From the IMG/VR virus record IMGVR_UViG_3300032931_000905, positions 1-64,000 of that record: a stretch of DNA of 64,000 nt; one strand, 5' to 3'. This DNA is from a virus. Shown in pieces: positions 9,193 through 18,861 of the stretch. A program made the translations under genes and the position numbers. Below the pieces are notes generated by a model, which was not told the DNA's origin, did not search any database, and was given only the letters and a program-made list of their open reading frames with translations. Every line of letters starts with the position of its first letter. Positions within the stretch are counted from its first letter, which is position 1.

Positions 9193-11025
9193 TTATGCTT
9201 GTTCTAGAGCACCGACGATATTCCGATAGATGCGAGCGTGTCCAAGGACATTGGGATGGAGTCCATCGACGGTCCAGAGATCAAAGGACATTTTATCACG
9301 CGGGAACACCGCATAGTTATCAATAAAATCTGATCCGATCCGTTTCGCTTCCTTCATCAGGGAATCCCGCAATTCTTGTTGTGAAAAGGTATAGACCGTA
9401 TTGTCCTGATTCTCAACAGGTTGCGACACCATGATAATCAGATTGGAATTCGCTTTGATGTCATTGGTCAATGGTTGAAGATTTTTACGCATGCCAGAGA
9501 CACCATTCGGATTCGTTGCCACCCAGGCACGATCATTCACACCAAGCTGCATAAAGACAAAATTATCCTGGACGCCGATGGCCCGAGGAGGAGCAAAGGC
9601 ACCGGAGAGACAATTATTCAGATACACCCGCACCGCACTCCCACTGATCCCCTGATTGGTGATACGAATCTTCTTAGGGATTTCAATGGCATTGATTCGG
9701 ATCACTCTGGTGTTCGACGCTGAAGGACGGCGCGACCGGAGTTCAATCGACGCATTTCTCACATAGGAGAAGCTATGCACCCGCTTGTTGTAATTCGTAT
9801 TCGTCACGACCCCGGCATCCCCACCGAAGGCCGCGCTGGCGAACGTATTCGCCGCGACATTCACGCCATTCGCAAAGATGGTATAGTCCATATAGGTGGT
9901 GTCTTCGGCGGCATAGATCAGGTTGAAGGTATTCCCAGTGAATGGCCCAAAGACAATGGAGACATTACTACCAAAGCTGCCATCGGATTCCCCATAACGA
10001 CACTGAAAGCCACTATAGGAGAGGTCTCCCAATGGGAGATCGACCTGTGTGGAGATGGAGATGCCATTCGATTTGAACACAAAGGGTTCGACATTGGCGA
10101 TATTGGCCGCGGGATAGAGGACCTGGTTGATCGTGTATTCCGTGATGGCGTTACCGTTGGCGCCAGCGGCCGCCCAATTATAGACGACCGAGGACACCTG
10201 AGAGGTATTCCCGTTGGCATATTCTCTTCCGATATAGCGACGAAACTCATTGACATAACTTGGGGAATACTCATTATCGCGTGAGTCCGAGAGAATGCCT
10301 GCATGATTCGACGGATAATTGACATTGGCACTTTGGGGAGTCGTACTACCCCAGGTAATCGAATCTCCAATAAAGACAATAGACACGATCTGTTGGAGGG
10401 GATCGCCCAGGGCCTCTTTGAGTGCGCGAAGCTGACCACCATAGGGATGAAAGCATGGCGCAGGTTGAAAGAATCCCGCATCCACATAGCGCGTGGTATT
10501 CGCTGTGGCATCAAAGAATGTTCCGTTACGATAATCTTCGTTGATCGGCACGGCCGTCACGGAGAATGTGGAATTTCCAAGATCAATGAAATGACCAGGA
10601 CGAGCGATTTCGAGTGCGGCGAAGGCCGCGGTATCATCTGTGACACCATCACCGACGGCACCCCACCAGGCCGGATGCAGGTTGACGGCGCGTTGGAGAC
10701 CCACGACAGTACCAGAACCGATAAAGACTCGTTGACGAGGAGCGGTAAAGGAACAATTGACCGTCAAGGCGCGTGAGGTATCCAGGGTAATCAACCCACT
10801 GGTCGTGACTTCAATAGCGATATTCGGAGTGGCAATCACACTGGCCATGAGTCGGACATTGGTGGTGATCACCAGGGTATTTGCATTGACAATGGCGGCG
10901 TTGATCGCGGCATTCAAAGTCGGATAATTCTTGGCTTCCAAGGTATTCCGAAAATTGAGCGCATTGAGGGTGTTGATGACGAAGTTTTCTTCCAACATCG
11001 CACCGGAAACTTTAGTCAGTGCCAT
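9193..11025 (-). CDS. Tailspike with SGNH/GDSL esterase domain
   Basis: FIGDSIT (catalytic Ser), NQGISG, LGVND, DGLHPN blocks; WWGAVGDGVTDDTAAF head motif. Confidence 0.8.
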   Translation of the reverse strand: MALTKVSGAMLEENFVINTLNALNFRNTLEAKNYPTLNAAINAAIVNANTLVITTNVRLMASVIATPNIAIEVTTSGLITLDTSRALTVNCSFTAPRQRVFIGSGTVVGLQRAVNLHPAWWGAVGDGVTDDTAAFAALEIARPGHFIDLGNSTFSVTAVPINEDYRNGTFFDATANTTRYVDAGFFQPAPCFHPYGGQLRALKEALGDPLQQIVSIVFIGDSITWGSTTPQSANVNYPSNHAGILSDSRDNEYSPSYVNEFRRYIGREYANGNTSQVSSVVYNWAAAGANGNAITEYTINQVLYPAANIANVEPFVFKSNGISISTQVDLPLGDLSYSGFQCRYGESDGSFGSNVSIVFGPFTGNTFNLIYAAEDTTYMDYTIFANGVNVAANTFASAAFGGDAGVVTNTNYNKRVHSFSYVRNASIELRSRRPSASNTRVIRINAIEIPKKIRITNQGISGSAVRVYLNNCLSGAFAPPRAIGVQDNFVFMQLGVNDRAWVATNPNGVSGMRKNLQPLTNDIKANSNLIIMVSQPVENQDNTVYTFSQQELRDSLMKEAKRIGSDFIDNYAVFPRDKMSFDLWTVDGLHPNVLGHARIYRNIVGALEQA

Positions 11026-11357
11026 TAGTAGACCTCTAAGACAGAGCAGATCGCGTCAGCCGATGTGGCCAGCGAGACCGAACAGTTAATAGAATCGGAG
11101 GCTTGCAGCACAAGCTTTTGTGGTTCGCCATAGGGCGTGAACGAGGAACCACCAAAGATGGAGACATTCGCACAGGTGAAGTAATCAATTGAACCGCGAC
11201 GAATCCAGACATTGGCCGTGATCACATTCGCCGTCTTATTGGCAATAGAGAATCCAATGACGGTGGCGCTATTGCCAGCAGGGCACACATAGACCGTATT
11301 CCCTGTGGTCAGAATATCATTTTTCAGATTGCATTTGAATGTGGTGGTCAGTGCCAT
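11025..11357 (-). CDS. Small virion structural protein
   Basis: VYVCPAG..ATVIG..IAN..KLVLQASD..SVLE pattern common in myovirus tail regions; 1-nt overlap with next gene. Confidence 0.6.
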   Translation of the reverse strand: MALTTTFKCNLKNDILTTGNTVYVCPAGNSATVIGFSIANKTANVITANVWIRRGSIDYFTCANVSIFGGSSFTPYGEPQKLVLQASDSINCSVSLATSADAICSVLEVY

Positions 11358-11366
11358 AGTAGTTCC

Positions 11367-11777
11367 TTACGCAAAGGTGAGGGACATCGCTAATGCGAGC
11401 CCTGAGGTATCAAATTGATTGAGACAATTCCCTGTGAGGATATTGATGTTCGCGGTGCCCATGGTGGAGGTATTCGACACAATGATATTACTGAACGTTC
11501 CGGTATTGGAGACCACTAATGCCGCTCCAGGGGCCGTGATTTTCAGATTCCCTGTGGTCACGTTACCGGTCACCACCAGCGTGTTCGTGGTCAGGACATT
11601 GAGGATCGACACATTATTATTGACAATGAGTGAGGTACCTGGGGCCCGTAGTTGGAGTTGGGTATTGGCAACAAAAACAGGACCGTCGGTGAGGTTATTC
11701 GCCACCGCGACGAGCGCAGAGGTCGAGGTAACAAGTTCGCCGAAGGTATTGGTCGTACTGATCTGATTAATCGCCAT
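11367..11777 (-). CDS. Short fibre-like virion protein
   Basis: MAINQISTTNTFGEL N-terminus, Asn/Thr/Val-rich beta repeats, C-terminal ALAMSLTF. Confidence 0.55.
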   Translation of the reverse strand: MAINQISTTNTFGELVTSTSALVAVANNLTDGPVFVANTQLQLRAPGTSLIVNNNVSILNVLTTNTLVVTGNVTTGNLKITAPGAALVVSNTGTFSNIIVSNTSTMGTANINILTGNCLNQFDTSGLALAMSLTFA

Positions 11778-11780
11778 GGT

Positions 11781-12041
11781 TTATGCAATCTTTGTGTGTG
11801 ATGAAGTTAAGTGCGTCAATTCTGCGATGAGCGTTTTAATGGAGGCCAATTCGCCTTCAATATCCAGGAGTCGTTTCTTGGTGTCGCCGTGTTCCTTGAT
11901 CTCCGACACGCGCTTGGCATAGAGACTGCGGTATCGAGACTGCCCTTCTGTATCTGTATTTAGGACGGCCTGGTTGGACATGTCCCGCACCAGACTGGTG
12001 TGATTCTCAATATGAACGAACCCTTGCGATTTCCGTGCCAT
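11781..12041 (-). CDS. Conserved hypothetical T4-like phage protein
   Basis: LVRD..NQAVLNTD followed by coiled coil; GGAGG RBS. Confidence 0.65.
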   Translation of the reverse strand: MARKSQGFVHIENHTSLVRDMSNQAVLNTDTEGQSRYRSLYAKRVSEIKEHGDTKKRLLDIEGELASIKTLIAELTHLTSSHTKIA

Positions 12042-12054
12042 CCGACACCTCCCC

Positions 12055-15000
12055 TTATCCGTTTGATGGAATTGCAGGTACGGCCACCACTCGGAAATCC
12101 CGAATGCGCGGTACCTTTGTGGTATCCGTGGAGGTCATGACCAATTTGATCGCAAAATACTTAAAGGTCTGATAACCACCATATTGTACGATGTTCGCGG
12201 CCAGATTATCGTCGCCAGGAGCAAAGACAAATTCCTTGAAATCCGCTTGATCCAACGAAAAGAAGGAGTATCCATTGATGGCCGTCATGAGTTGATACGG
12301 CTTATCGTCAAACACATCCGTATCATCGGCCGACAAGACTTTGTAATACACATAGATATTCGCGTTGGTGGGACGATAGGCCGAGAAGTAGACGCGGAAA
12401 TCTCCAGCATCCATGCCATCCGCCAATGTCACTTTGCGCGTGATATATCGCGCCGTCGCTGGTCCACCCTTCGGTTGATCTTCCCCTTGACAGACCACGT
12501 TCGCCGAGGCGGTCGGTCCACCACCCGTCACGGTGACGGTCGGAGTGAGCGTATAGCCTGCGCCCGAGATATCCACTGTCAGACTCGTCAGCACATTGGC
12601 CACGACATTCGCAAAGGCATTCGCGGTGACCGTCGGTACCGTCAAGCTGTTCGCATTCGGGGTGATGGTCACGGACACATTCGATGGACTAAAATTCGAA
12701 TTGGAATCCGTAACCACAAAGCTGGTATTGATCAAACCAAGATTATTGATCACATTCTCGATGGTGATGATCGACATCCGTTCTTGATCCAGGACTGGAG
12801 AGACATCCTTGTGTCGTGATCCCAAGAACGCCCGAATTTTGAAACTATCAGGATTGGTCGTCAACACACGGCGGCCGACGGTATCATCAAAGAAGGTGGT
12901 CTCGTCAAGCTGCAAGGTATGCGCCGACTCAATGACCCCTGTGGACAATGGTGTGGTCAGATAGACGGAATCAAAGGTCGTATTCGATGGCATGAAGATG
13001 GAGGACATCACATGGAAGGCATCGACCGCGACATTGGAGGTAATTCTCCAGTTGGCCGTCCGATCCCCCAGGGTCGTGAGACCCATTTCCACATTCGCTG
13101 TCACAGCGGTATTAAATTCAGCAATCAACAGCTTAAAGCAGAGGTCTTCTGCCTGGATAGGTTCCCAGGTGGAAGAATTCTGAGACTTGAATAACGATCC
13201 CAAGTAGGGCTGCTGTGAGATCAAACGATTGGTGCCTAGTAATTGCTTACCCACTTCAGAGACAAAGACTTCATATTTCTGAGAGTTGGTGATAATGACC
13301 ACGGCATAATCCGTACCAGGGGACAAATAGACCGGGGCATCCCATATGATTTCCGTATAGAGGGTGGAATCTGAAAGGGGATTCGTAAAGCTGGTATTGG
13401 CGTAACGCGCCCCAATCGCCGCTTCGGTGGCTAAGGTCACCTTATCGGCGGGCACAAACACATCGGCATAGGGGATCACGGTCGCGGCATCGGGATATCC
13501 GTTGACCACTGGGCGGAGCTGCACCCGAACCGGGATGGCGGCATCCTTTGCCCGGAATAGGAGTCGGATACTGGTCGTCATGACGCCGTTGGGATGATTG
13601 CGAGCATCCACCGTAAAGGTCTGGGCCAGCGGATCAATAAAATAGGCGGAGCCTGTTTGGACCGTTCGTGACGAGGTGACCACAGAACTGTTGATGACCC
13701 TCGATTCTGTCAATGATTGACGGATGACATCAAGGGTCCGGGTCGTGAGAATCGTATCTTGTCTGGATTGGAGGATGCCAGAGGCGCTATAGGTGGCATC
13801 GCCATTGGTATAGGACTGCGTGAGTTCGCCTGTTGGAGAATCTGAGAGTCGGAATATCCGTTCCCCAGTTCGGAATGAATAATCCAGCTTCGTAGGCTTG
13901 AGGATGGTGTCCAAGCTGGTGACATCAGGAATAGCGAACACACCGGCCGCTTCCCCTCTCCAATCCGTCATGAGCATAGACACATTGGCGACCCCGGCGA
14001 CACTCGTAAACGAGGTACCAATGGTATAGGTGGATTGGGTATTTGGGAGCGTGTATCCGGTCGTACCGCCGAACGCATTGGCGCCACAGGTGACCACACC
14101 TGTGGTCGGATTGAATCGATTGAACTTCACGGTCTGTCCGGCCCCTGGTCCAGAGGTAATCGTGATCGTCTGATTGGTCAAATTGGCATAGGATGGGCCG
14201 AAGTTGGTTGAACCTAGTGCATCATGCGCCAGGAAGATCGAATTGGCATTGGCCAGCCATACAGAACCCGAACGATGCCAATAGCCTGTGATCTGTGAAT
14301 TGGCACCACTGGTATTGCCTAGGAGAAAGCGTGAACCTCCAGAGACATAGACTTCAGTGGCATAGGCATTGGAGTTCGCGGATTCCACATTGACGACCGT
14401 GATGTTGGAGTAGGTGCCTTCATTCCGATTGAAGACCACGGTGGCATTGGCCGTATAGCGAGAATTCGCTGGGTCCCAGACCCGGACTTGTTCTCCATGC
14501 TGATAGCCATCACGATAGGTGATCGTGGCATTGGCGACTTTGATCACATTGGTCAGATTGATGAATCGGTCGACATTGCGATTATCGAAGGTGACATAGA
14601 CGCGGGTGTTCGGTCTGAATCCGCCGCAGGTAAAGAGGACACCTTGTGCGCGGATATACGGGACCACAGAAATATCCACGACCTTATTACCCAGGGAGGT
14701 GGTGATCGTCGTGGGACCTAGGGAGGTGGTGATGCCTGTACGCACCTGTTTGGTGGTGATATCATCGATAAAGCGGGTGGTCGTCATAGGACGGACCCCG
14801 ACACCTCTGCCATGATGGATACGACGACCTGTGTCTTGTAGCCATGCCACCGATTCCGTTCGCTTGGTCACCCCAGTCCAATTGGTCTGCCATGAATTCC
14901 AGGTGGTACCAAAGCGAGGAGAATTGTCGACCAAATCGCTCAGAGCGGCCCAAGCATCATTATCGCCTTCGGTATTGACTAACACATCGGGCTGTTGAGT

Positions 15001-18000
15001 CGTATCGACCCAGGTATCTGATGCGGGATCGAGTTGAACTTTTCCTAGAAAGGTGACCGTATTAAATGGATTGACATTGATCGCCTTTGAAATCGAGGAT
15101 TGATCGACCAAGGTGACTTCGGAATACGGCAAGGTCACGATATCCCCGCGCTGTTGGAAATTCGTGGACGAGGAGCCGCGGAATGACAGATCGTACTTGC
15201 GCGGAATAAAGGAAGGGCGCAGTTCACGATTATCCGTATCAATAGCACAGACATGGTCTTTGTTCAAGACATCCCCGATACCATGACCTGAGAAGGCATC
15301 CACAATGATGCCGTTCTTGGGACGCGGAAATCCAAGATTATCAGTGAGTTCTGTTGCCTGGGCGGATTTCTCCAGAAGGTTCAATGACGTATAGTATTCA
15401 AGATTCTGGATACGCTGTTCCAAGACCCCAATGTCCTTCATGGTATAGCGACGATGATCGATATACTTGATATCAATATCACTCGTATTGGCGGTATAGG
15501 CCGGCAGCGTGAGTTTATAGAGGGTCATGCCTTCGGCAGAATCGGCTGGTGCCATTGGCGTGATCGAGGAAATACCTTTTTGTACGATAAATTCTTTATC
15601 CCGCGTCAAGATCACTTTATCGATGCGAGGAAGATAATACGAGAAATCTGTGGTAAAGATGGAACCTGAGGTCGGGAAATAGGTTTCCTGATATTCCCCA
15701 GTGGTATTCGCATCGATGCGGCGTGGGCGGAAATCGATGCAATCACGGAGATTGAACACTTCGCCTGTCAACGGTGAGGTATAGACGGAGATATCCGCAT
15801 AATTCACATTGGAGGTCGGATAAGAATCCACGTTGAGATAGCCGGTGCCTGTATGATTGTAGAAATCCGCATAGACCACGACATTGCCCTTGGGAGGCGT
15901 GCCGTTTGGCTTCAAGCGAATCGAGGCATGTTCATAGGCGTTATCACGCTGACCGTTATCCAGGGTATAGGACGAGGTGATATCCAGGGCCGAGGCCAAA
16001 TTCGAATGGGAGACCGCGAGCAGACCATAGTCCACCACCTTCGTGAGTTTCACCACATCGGCCACATACAAACTTTGTGGTGCATTCGGAGTCCTGAGCT
16101 TTAGGGTTTGGGTGGCATTGAGATTGCCTGAGTTCAAGAAGTGAAGCTGAAGTCCACCGGTGCTCGTATTCTGTGAACGGAGACCGATACCGGTGCCGAT
16201 GGTGACAATGGGGGTGGCCACATCAAAGTAGGTCGGATTGGCCGTGCGATAGATTTTCGACTTGCGAATACCCGCCGTGGTATCGGCCGTTGGGAAGTTG
16301 ACCTTGATATCCACATCAAAGGTGGAAGCTGATGAGTTGGGAATCGTGATCGTATAGGTCGATTGGGTGGCCGCGGAAGTCACGGTGACCGTGTTGGAAC
16401 CATCCCAGATAATGAGCGAGTTGTTCCCCAAGGTGCCACCAGACACGTTGGTCAGGACGCAACGAATGTTCTTGAAGGCATCAGAGACCGACAAGGGGGT
16501 TCCGACCACCGTGGACAAGATTCCTGCTGTGGTGGTAAATGAGATCACACCGGCCACAGCGATCTGCGAAAGCGTTTGACGACCCGTATAGCTGGTATTG
16601 CTCATGGTCACGCCACCGAGGATGGTGTTGTTGCCTACCCAATCATTCGGAAGCGGGAACAAGGAATGATTCAGATTGGTTTCATAGAGATAGGCGCTCT
16701 GATAGACATCCGCCTTCAAGGGGAGTTTGGAATAGGGCGCATAGATATCGGAGTTCGACCAGATGGCATTGAGATTGCCTGCGACAATCGACTCCGCATC
16801 GGCAAATTCATAGTCCAGGGTAAAGGTTCGCGCCGTCGAAGGCGTATTGGCAAAGGTTTTTCCTGCTTCAAGCGTGGCGGTTTTGTTGATGCCGTTGTAG
16901 GTGGCGATAATCACCGATTCAAGATTTTGGGTGGCCGTGCTACCCAAACGCAGACGCATGCCCTCATAGGCATTGTTCTGAGACGCGGCCGCCGCATCCA
17001 GGATGATCGTATTGGAGGTGCCTCCAGCCTGACACACGGCCGTCCGACTGGCAATGTTCACATCAAACACATACAAGGTATGGATGCCAGTATTGACCGA
17101 ATCTTCATGTTCCACAGATCGGACACGGAGCGAACCAATTTTGGTGGCGCCTGAGGTCGTGGTCGTCAGGGTATTGATCGAGGCATTAGAGACGCAATGG
17201 ATCGTGAGTGGTTCCAGCGTTTTGGTATAGAGTGAGCCGCGGGTGTTGGCCACATAGAGATAATTCTTGAAGTCCATTGACAGTGGATAGCTTCGCACAT
17301 TGGCGACATCGCGGGCCCGCTCAGACTTGATCGACTGGGTCGAGATGGTTTCATGCTCAAATCCCTGGACATAGGCTTTTCCTGGGTCCAGCAGGATGGT
17401 GTACGCATTGGCATAGGTGGCATCATTGGTCAAGGCCAGACGGAACTGCTTGACCGTAAACGATCCTGATTGATCATTGGTGCGTCGAGCCAGGGTCCGT
17501 TCAAGATCAGAGAGTTGCGGATAGGTAATCGCTTTGATCAAGGCGCCATTAGCGACCCGAACCAATTCCACAAACAACGAATCGTCTTGACTGTCCAGGG
17601 ACCGCTTGGCCAGCGTCAATTCCATGTTATAGCGCGTGGCGCCAGGGGCTTGATAGTTGCTGGAATTCAATGCCGGATCACGGAGCGAGGAATCTTGGGA
17701 TTCTGTGATGACGGTTTCATCCAATTGAAGTCCGATACGATAGGACGGCGTATTGGCATGGGCATCCAGGACCACCGTCTGTTCTGGGCAATGCACAAAG
17801 AGATTGTTGATAAAGAAATAGCCATCGTTGATCGAGCAGATCGAGGTATTGGAGACCGCAGAGGCCAGATTCACATTGGCCTTGAAATTTCCGGTATCAG
17901 TGGTCAGGGTTTGGCCGAATGTGGTGTTGTCGAATTCTTCTCCGGTCACATACTTGATGATCAGACATGGGGGCGCGGTATTGGTGGCATCGACGGTCGC

Positions 18001-18327
18001 GGCCACATAGGCGCGCACATTCCCGGCGACAGAGGTGATAAACTTCCCCTTGAAGGTGGCCAGATCGATAGCGACGGTTTGATAGGTGGGCTCCACGTTC
18101 AAGGCAAAGACGTTCTTGATTTCAATAAGGGTTTGCCCGCCCGAGACAGGTGATCCATCCTTGAAAATGTGACGACCAAAGGCCGCGACCTGATTTTGCA
18201 GCAATGTCTGGATTTGTGTCAGTTCTCGCGCCTGGACGGCGTAGTTGGGACGAAACAGGAGACGATAGAAGTTCTTGGTGGCATCAAAATCGTCATAATA
18301 TGGGTTCTGCCCGAAGTCTATGGCCAT
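12055..18327 (-). CDS. Large baseplate/virion structural protein (DUF4815/VrlC-like)
   Basis: MAIDFGQNPYYDDFD..FYRLLFRP..AVQARELTQIQ start; RRYTMKDIG..EYYTSL; DPLAQTF; FAIKLVM..PRIRDFRVVA end. Confidence 0.85.
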   Translation of the reverse strand: MAIDFGQNPYYDDFDATKNFYRLLFRPNYAVQARELTQIQTLLQNQVAAFGRHIFKDGSPVSGGQTLIEIKNVFALNVEPTYQTVAIDLATFKGKFITSVAGNVRAYVAATVDATNTAPPCLIIKYVTGEEFDNTTFGQTLTTDTGNFKANVNLASAVSNTSICSINDGYFFINNLFVHCPEQTVVLDAHANTPSYRIGLQLDETVITESQDSSLRDPALNSSNYQAPGATRYNMELTLAKRSLDSQDDSLFVELVRVANGALIKAITYPQLSDLERTLARRTNDQSGSFTVKQFRLALTNDATYANAYTILLDPGKAYVQGFEHETISTQSIKSERARDVANVRSYPLSMDFKNYLYVANTRGSLYTKTLEPLTIHCVSNASINTLTTTTSGATKIGSLRVRSVEHEDSVNTGIHTLYVFDVNIASRTAVCQAGGTSNTIILDAAAASQNNAYEGMRLRLGSTATQNLESVIIATYNGINKTATLEAGKTFANTPSTARTFTLDYEFADAESIVAGNLNAIWSNSDIYAPYSKLPLKADVYQSAYLYETNLNHSLFPLPNDWVGNNTILGGVTMSNTSYTGRQTLSQIAVAGVISFTTTAGILSTVVGTPLSVSDAFKNIRCVLTNVSGGTLGNNSLIIWDGSNTVTVTSAATQSTYTITIPNSSASTFDVDIKVNFPTADTTAGIRKSKIYRTANPTYFDVATPIVTIGTGIGLRSQNTSTGGLQLHFLNSGNLNATQTLKLRTPNAPQSLYVADVVKLTKVVDYGLLAVSHSNLASALDITSSYTLDNGQRDNAYEHASIRLKPNGTPPKGNVVVYADFYNHTGTGYLNVDSYPTSNVNYADISVYTSPLTGEVFNLRDCIDFRPRRIDANTTGEYQETYFPTSGSIFTTDFSYYLPRIDKVILTRDKEFIVQKGISSITPMAPADSAEGMTLYKLTLPAYTANTSDIDIKYIDHRRYTMKDIGVLEQRIQNLEYYTSLNLLEKSAQATELTDNLGFPRPKNGIIVDAFSGHGIGDVLNKDHVCAIDTDNRELRPSFIPRKYDLSFRGSSSTNFQQRGDIVTLPYSEVTLVDQSSISKAINVNPFNTVTFLGKVQLDPASDTWVDTTQQPDVLVNTEGDNDAWAALSDLVDNSPRFGTTWNSWQTNWTGVTKRTESVAWLQDTGRRIHHGRGVGVRPMTTTRFIDDITTKQVRTGITTSLGPTTITTSLGNKVVDISVVPYIRAQGVLFTCGGFRPNTRVYVTFDNRNVDRFINLTNVIKVANATITYRDGYQHGEQVRVWDPANSRYTANATVVFNRNEGTYSNITVVNVESANSNAYATEVYVSGGSRFLLGNTSGANSQITGYWHRSGSVWLANANSIFLAHDALGSTNFGPSYANLTNQTITITSGPGAGQTVKFNRFNPTTGVVTCGANAFGGTTGYTLPNTQSTYTIGTSFTSVAGVANVSMLMTDWRGEAAGVFAIPDVTSLDTILKPTKLDYSFRTGERIFRLSDSPTGELTQSYTNGDATYSASGILQSRQDTILTTRTLDVIRQSLTESRVINSSVVTSSRTVQTGSAYFIDPLAQTFTVDARNHPNGVMTTSIRLLFRAKDAAIPVRVQLRPVVNGYPDAATVIPYADVFVPADKVTLATEAAIGARYANTSFTNPLSDSTLYTEIIWDAPVYLSPGTDYAVVIITNSQKYEVFVSEVGKQLLGTNRLISQQPYLGSLFKSQNSSTWEPIQAEDLCFKLLIAEFNTAVTANVEMGLTTLGDRTANWRITSNVAVDAFHVMSSIFMPSNTTFDSVYLTTPLSTGVIESAHTLQLDETTFFDDTVGRRVLTTNPDSFKIRAFLGSRHKDVSPVLDQERMSIITIENVINNLGLINTSFVVTDSNSNFSPSNVSVTITPNANSLTVPTVTANAFANVVANVLTSLTVDISGAGYTLTPTVTVTGGGPTASANVVCQGEDQPKGGPATARYITRKVTLADGMDAGDFRVYFSAYRPTNANIYVYYKVLSADDTDVFDDKPYQLMTAINGYSFFSLDQADFKEFVFAPGDDNLAANIVQYGGYQTFKYFAIKLVMTSTDTTKVPRIRDFRVVAVPAIPSNG

Positions 18328-18848
18328 TATATCCTCTTTCCTAGTCTATTTTGATTACCCAATTTAGCGACTCTCATTTTTTGTTTTGTGGCTTCTGAGT
18401 GAATACGACCAGTTGCCGCTGTTCTTATCTTGTCCTTGGATTCTTTGGTATGATGCCATCTCTTACCAAACATATGATTGTTGTTTCCTGTTTGGTTTTG
18501 ACCGAGGCCTCGTCTTATGGCCGATCTTCTGAGCTTGTCTCTGACCTCAGGACTAGGATCGAGTAAACCATCACCACCCCTGGTCATATTATACTCAGGT
18601 TTGAACACTTCAATGAGAAGTGGCTCAGCCAATGTCAGTCCAGCCTGATGATCCTCTCCTTGGCACAACACACTCAATAAAAAGCTTTCTGTCCCGTATT
18701 TCTTTATTGCGGAATATAATAATGATTTTCTTAAACTATTCAACGCATAGTATTTATGATCGATCCAACGATCCGTAGGTAACTGGGTCGTAAACCCTAT
18801 GTATTTCTTGTCGTTTAACTTATTTTGTATCTGATAAATGTAGTACAT
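18327..18848 (-). CDS. Free-standing GIY-YIG homing endonuclease with NUMOD3 repeats (Seg-like)
   Basis: YIY..KKYIG..RW..H; YNMTRGGDG; HTKESKDKI and HSEATKQKM repeats; AT-richer than flanks; start re-called at 18848. Confidence 0.85.
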   Translation of the reverse strand: MYYIYQIQNKLNDKKYIGFTTQLPTDRWIDHKYYALNSLRKSLLYSAIKKYGTESFLLSVLCQGEDHQAGLTLAEPLLIEVFKPEYNMTRGGDGLLDPSPEVRDKLRRSAIRRGLGQNQTGNNNHMFGKRWHHTKESKDKIRTAATGRIHSEATKQKMRVAKLGNQNRLGKRI

Positions 18849-18853
18849 GCCTA

Positions 18854-18861
18854 TATTTATA
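18854..18861 (-). promoter_or_regulatory. T4-type late promoter TATAAATA
   Basis: Exact TATAAATA 5 nt upstream of the endonuclease ATG. Confidence 0.6.

Noticed and set aside
816-11025. Diversity-generating retroelement or invertible fibre cassette
   Set aside because: No reverse transcriptase or invertase in the window, and repeat differences are not adenine-specific
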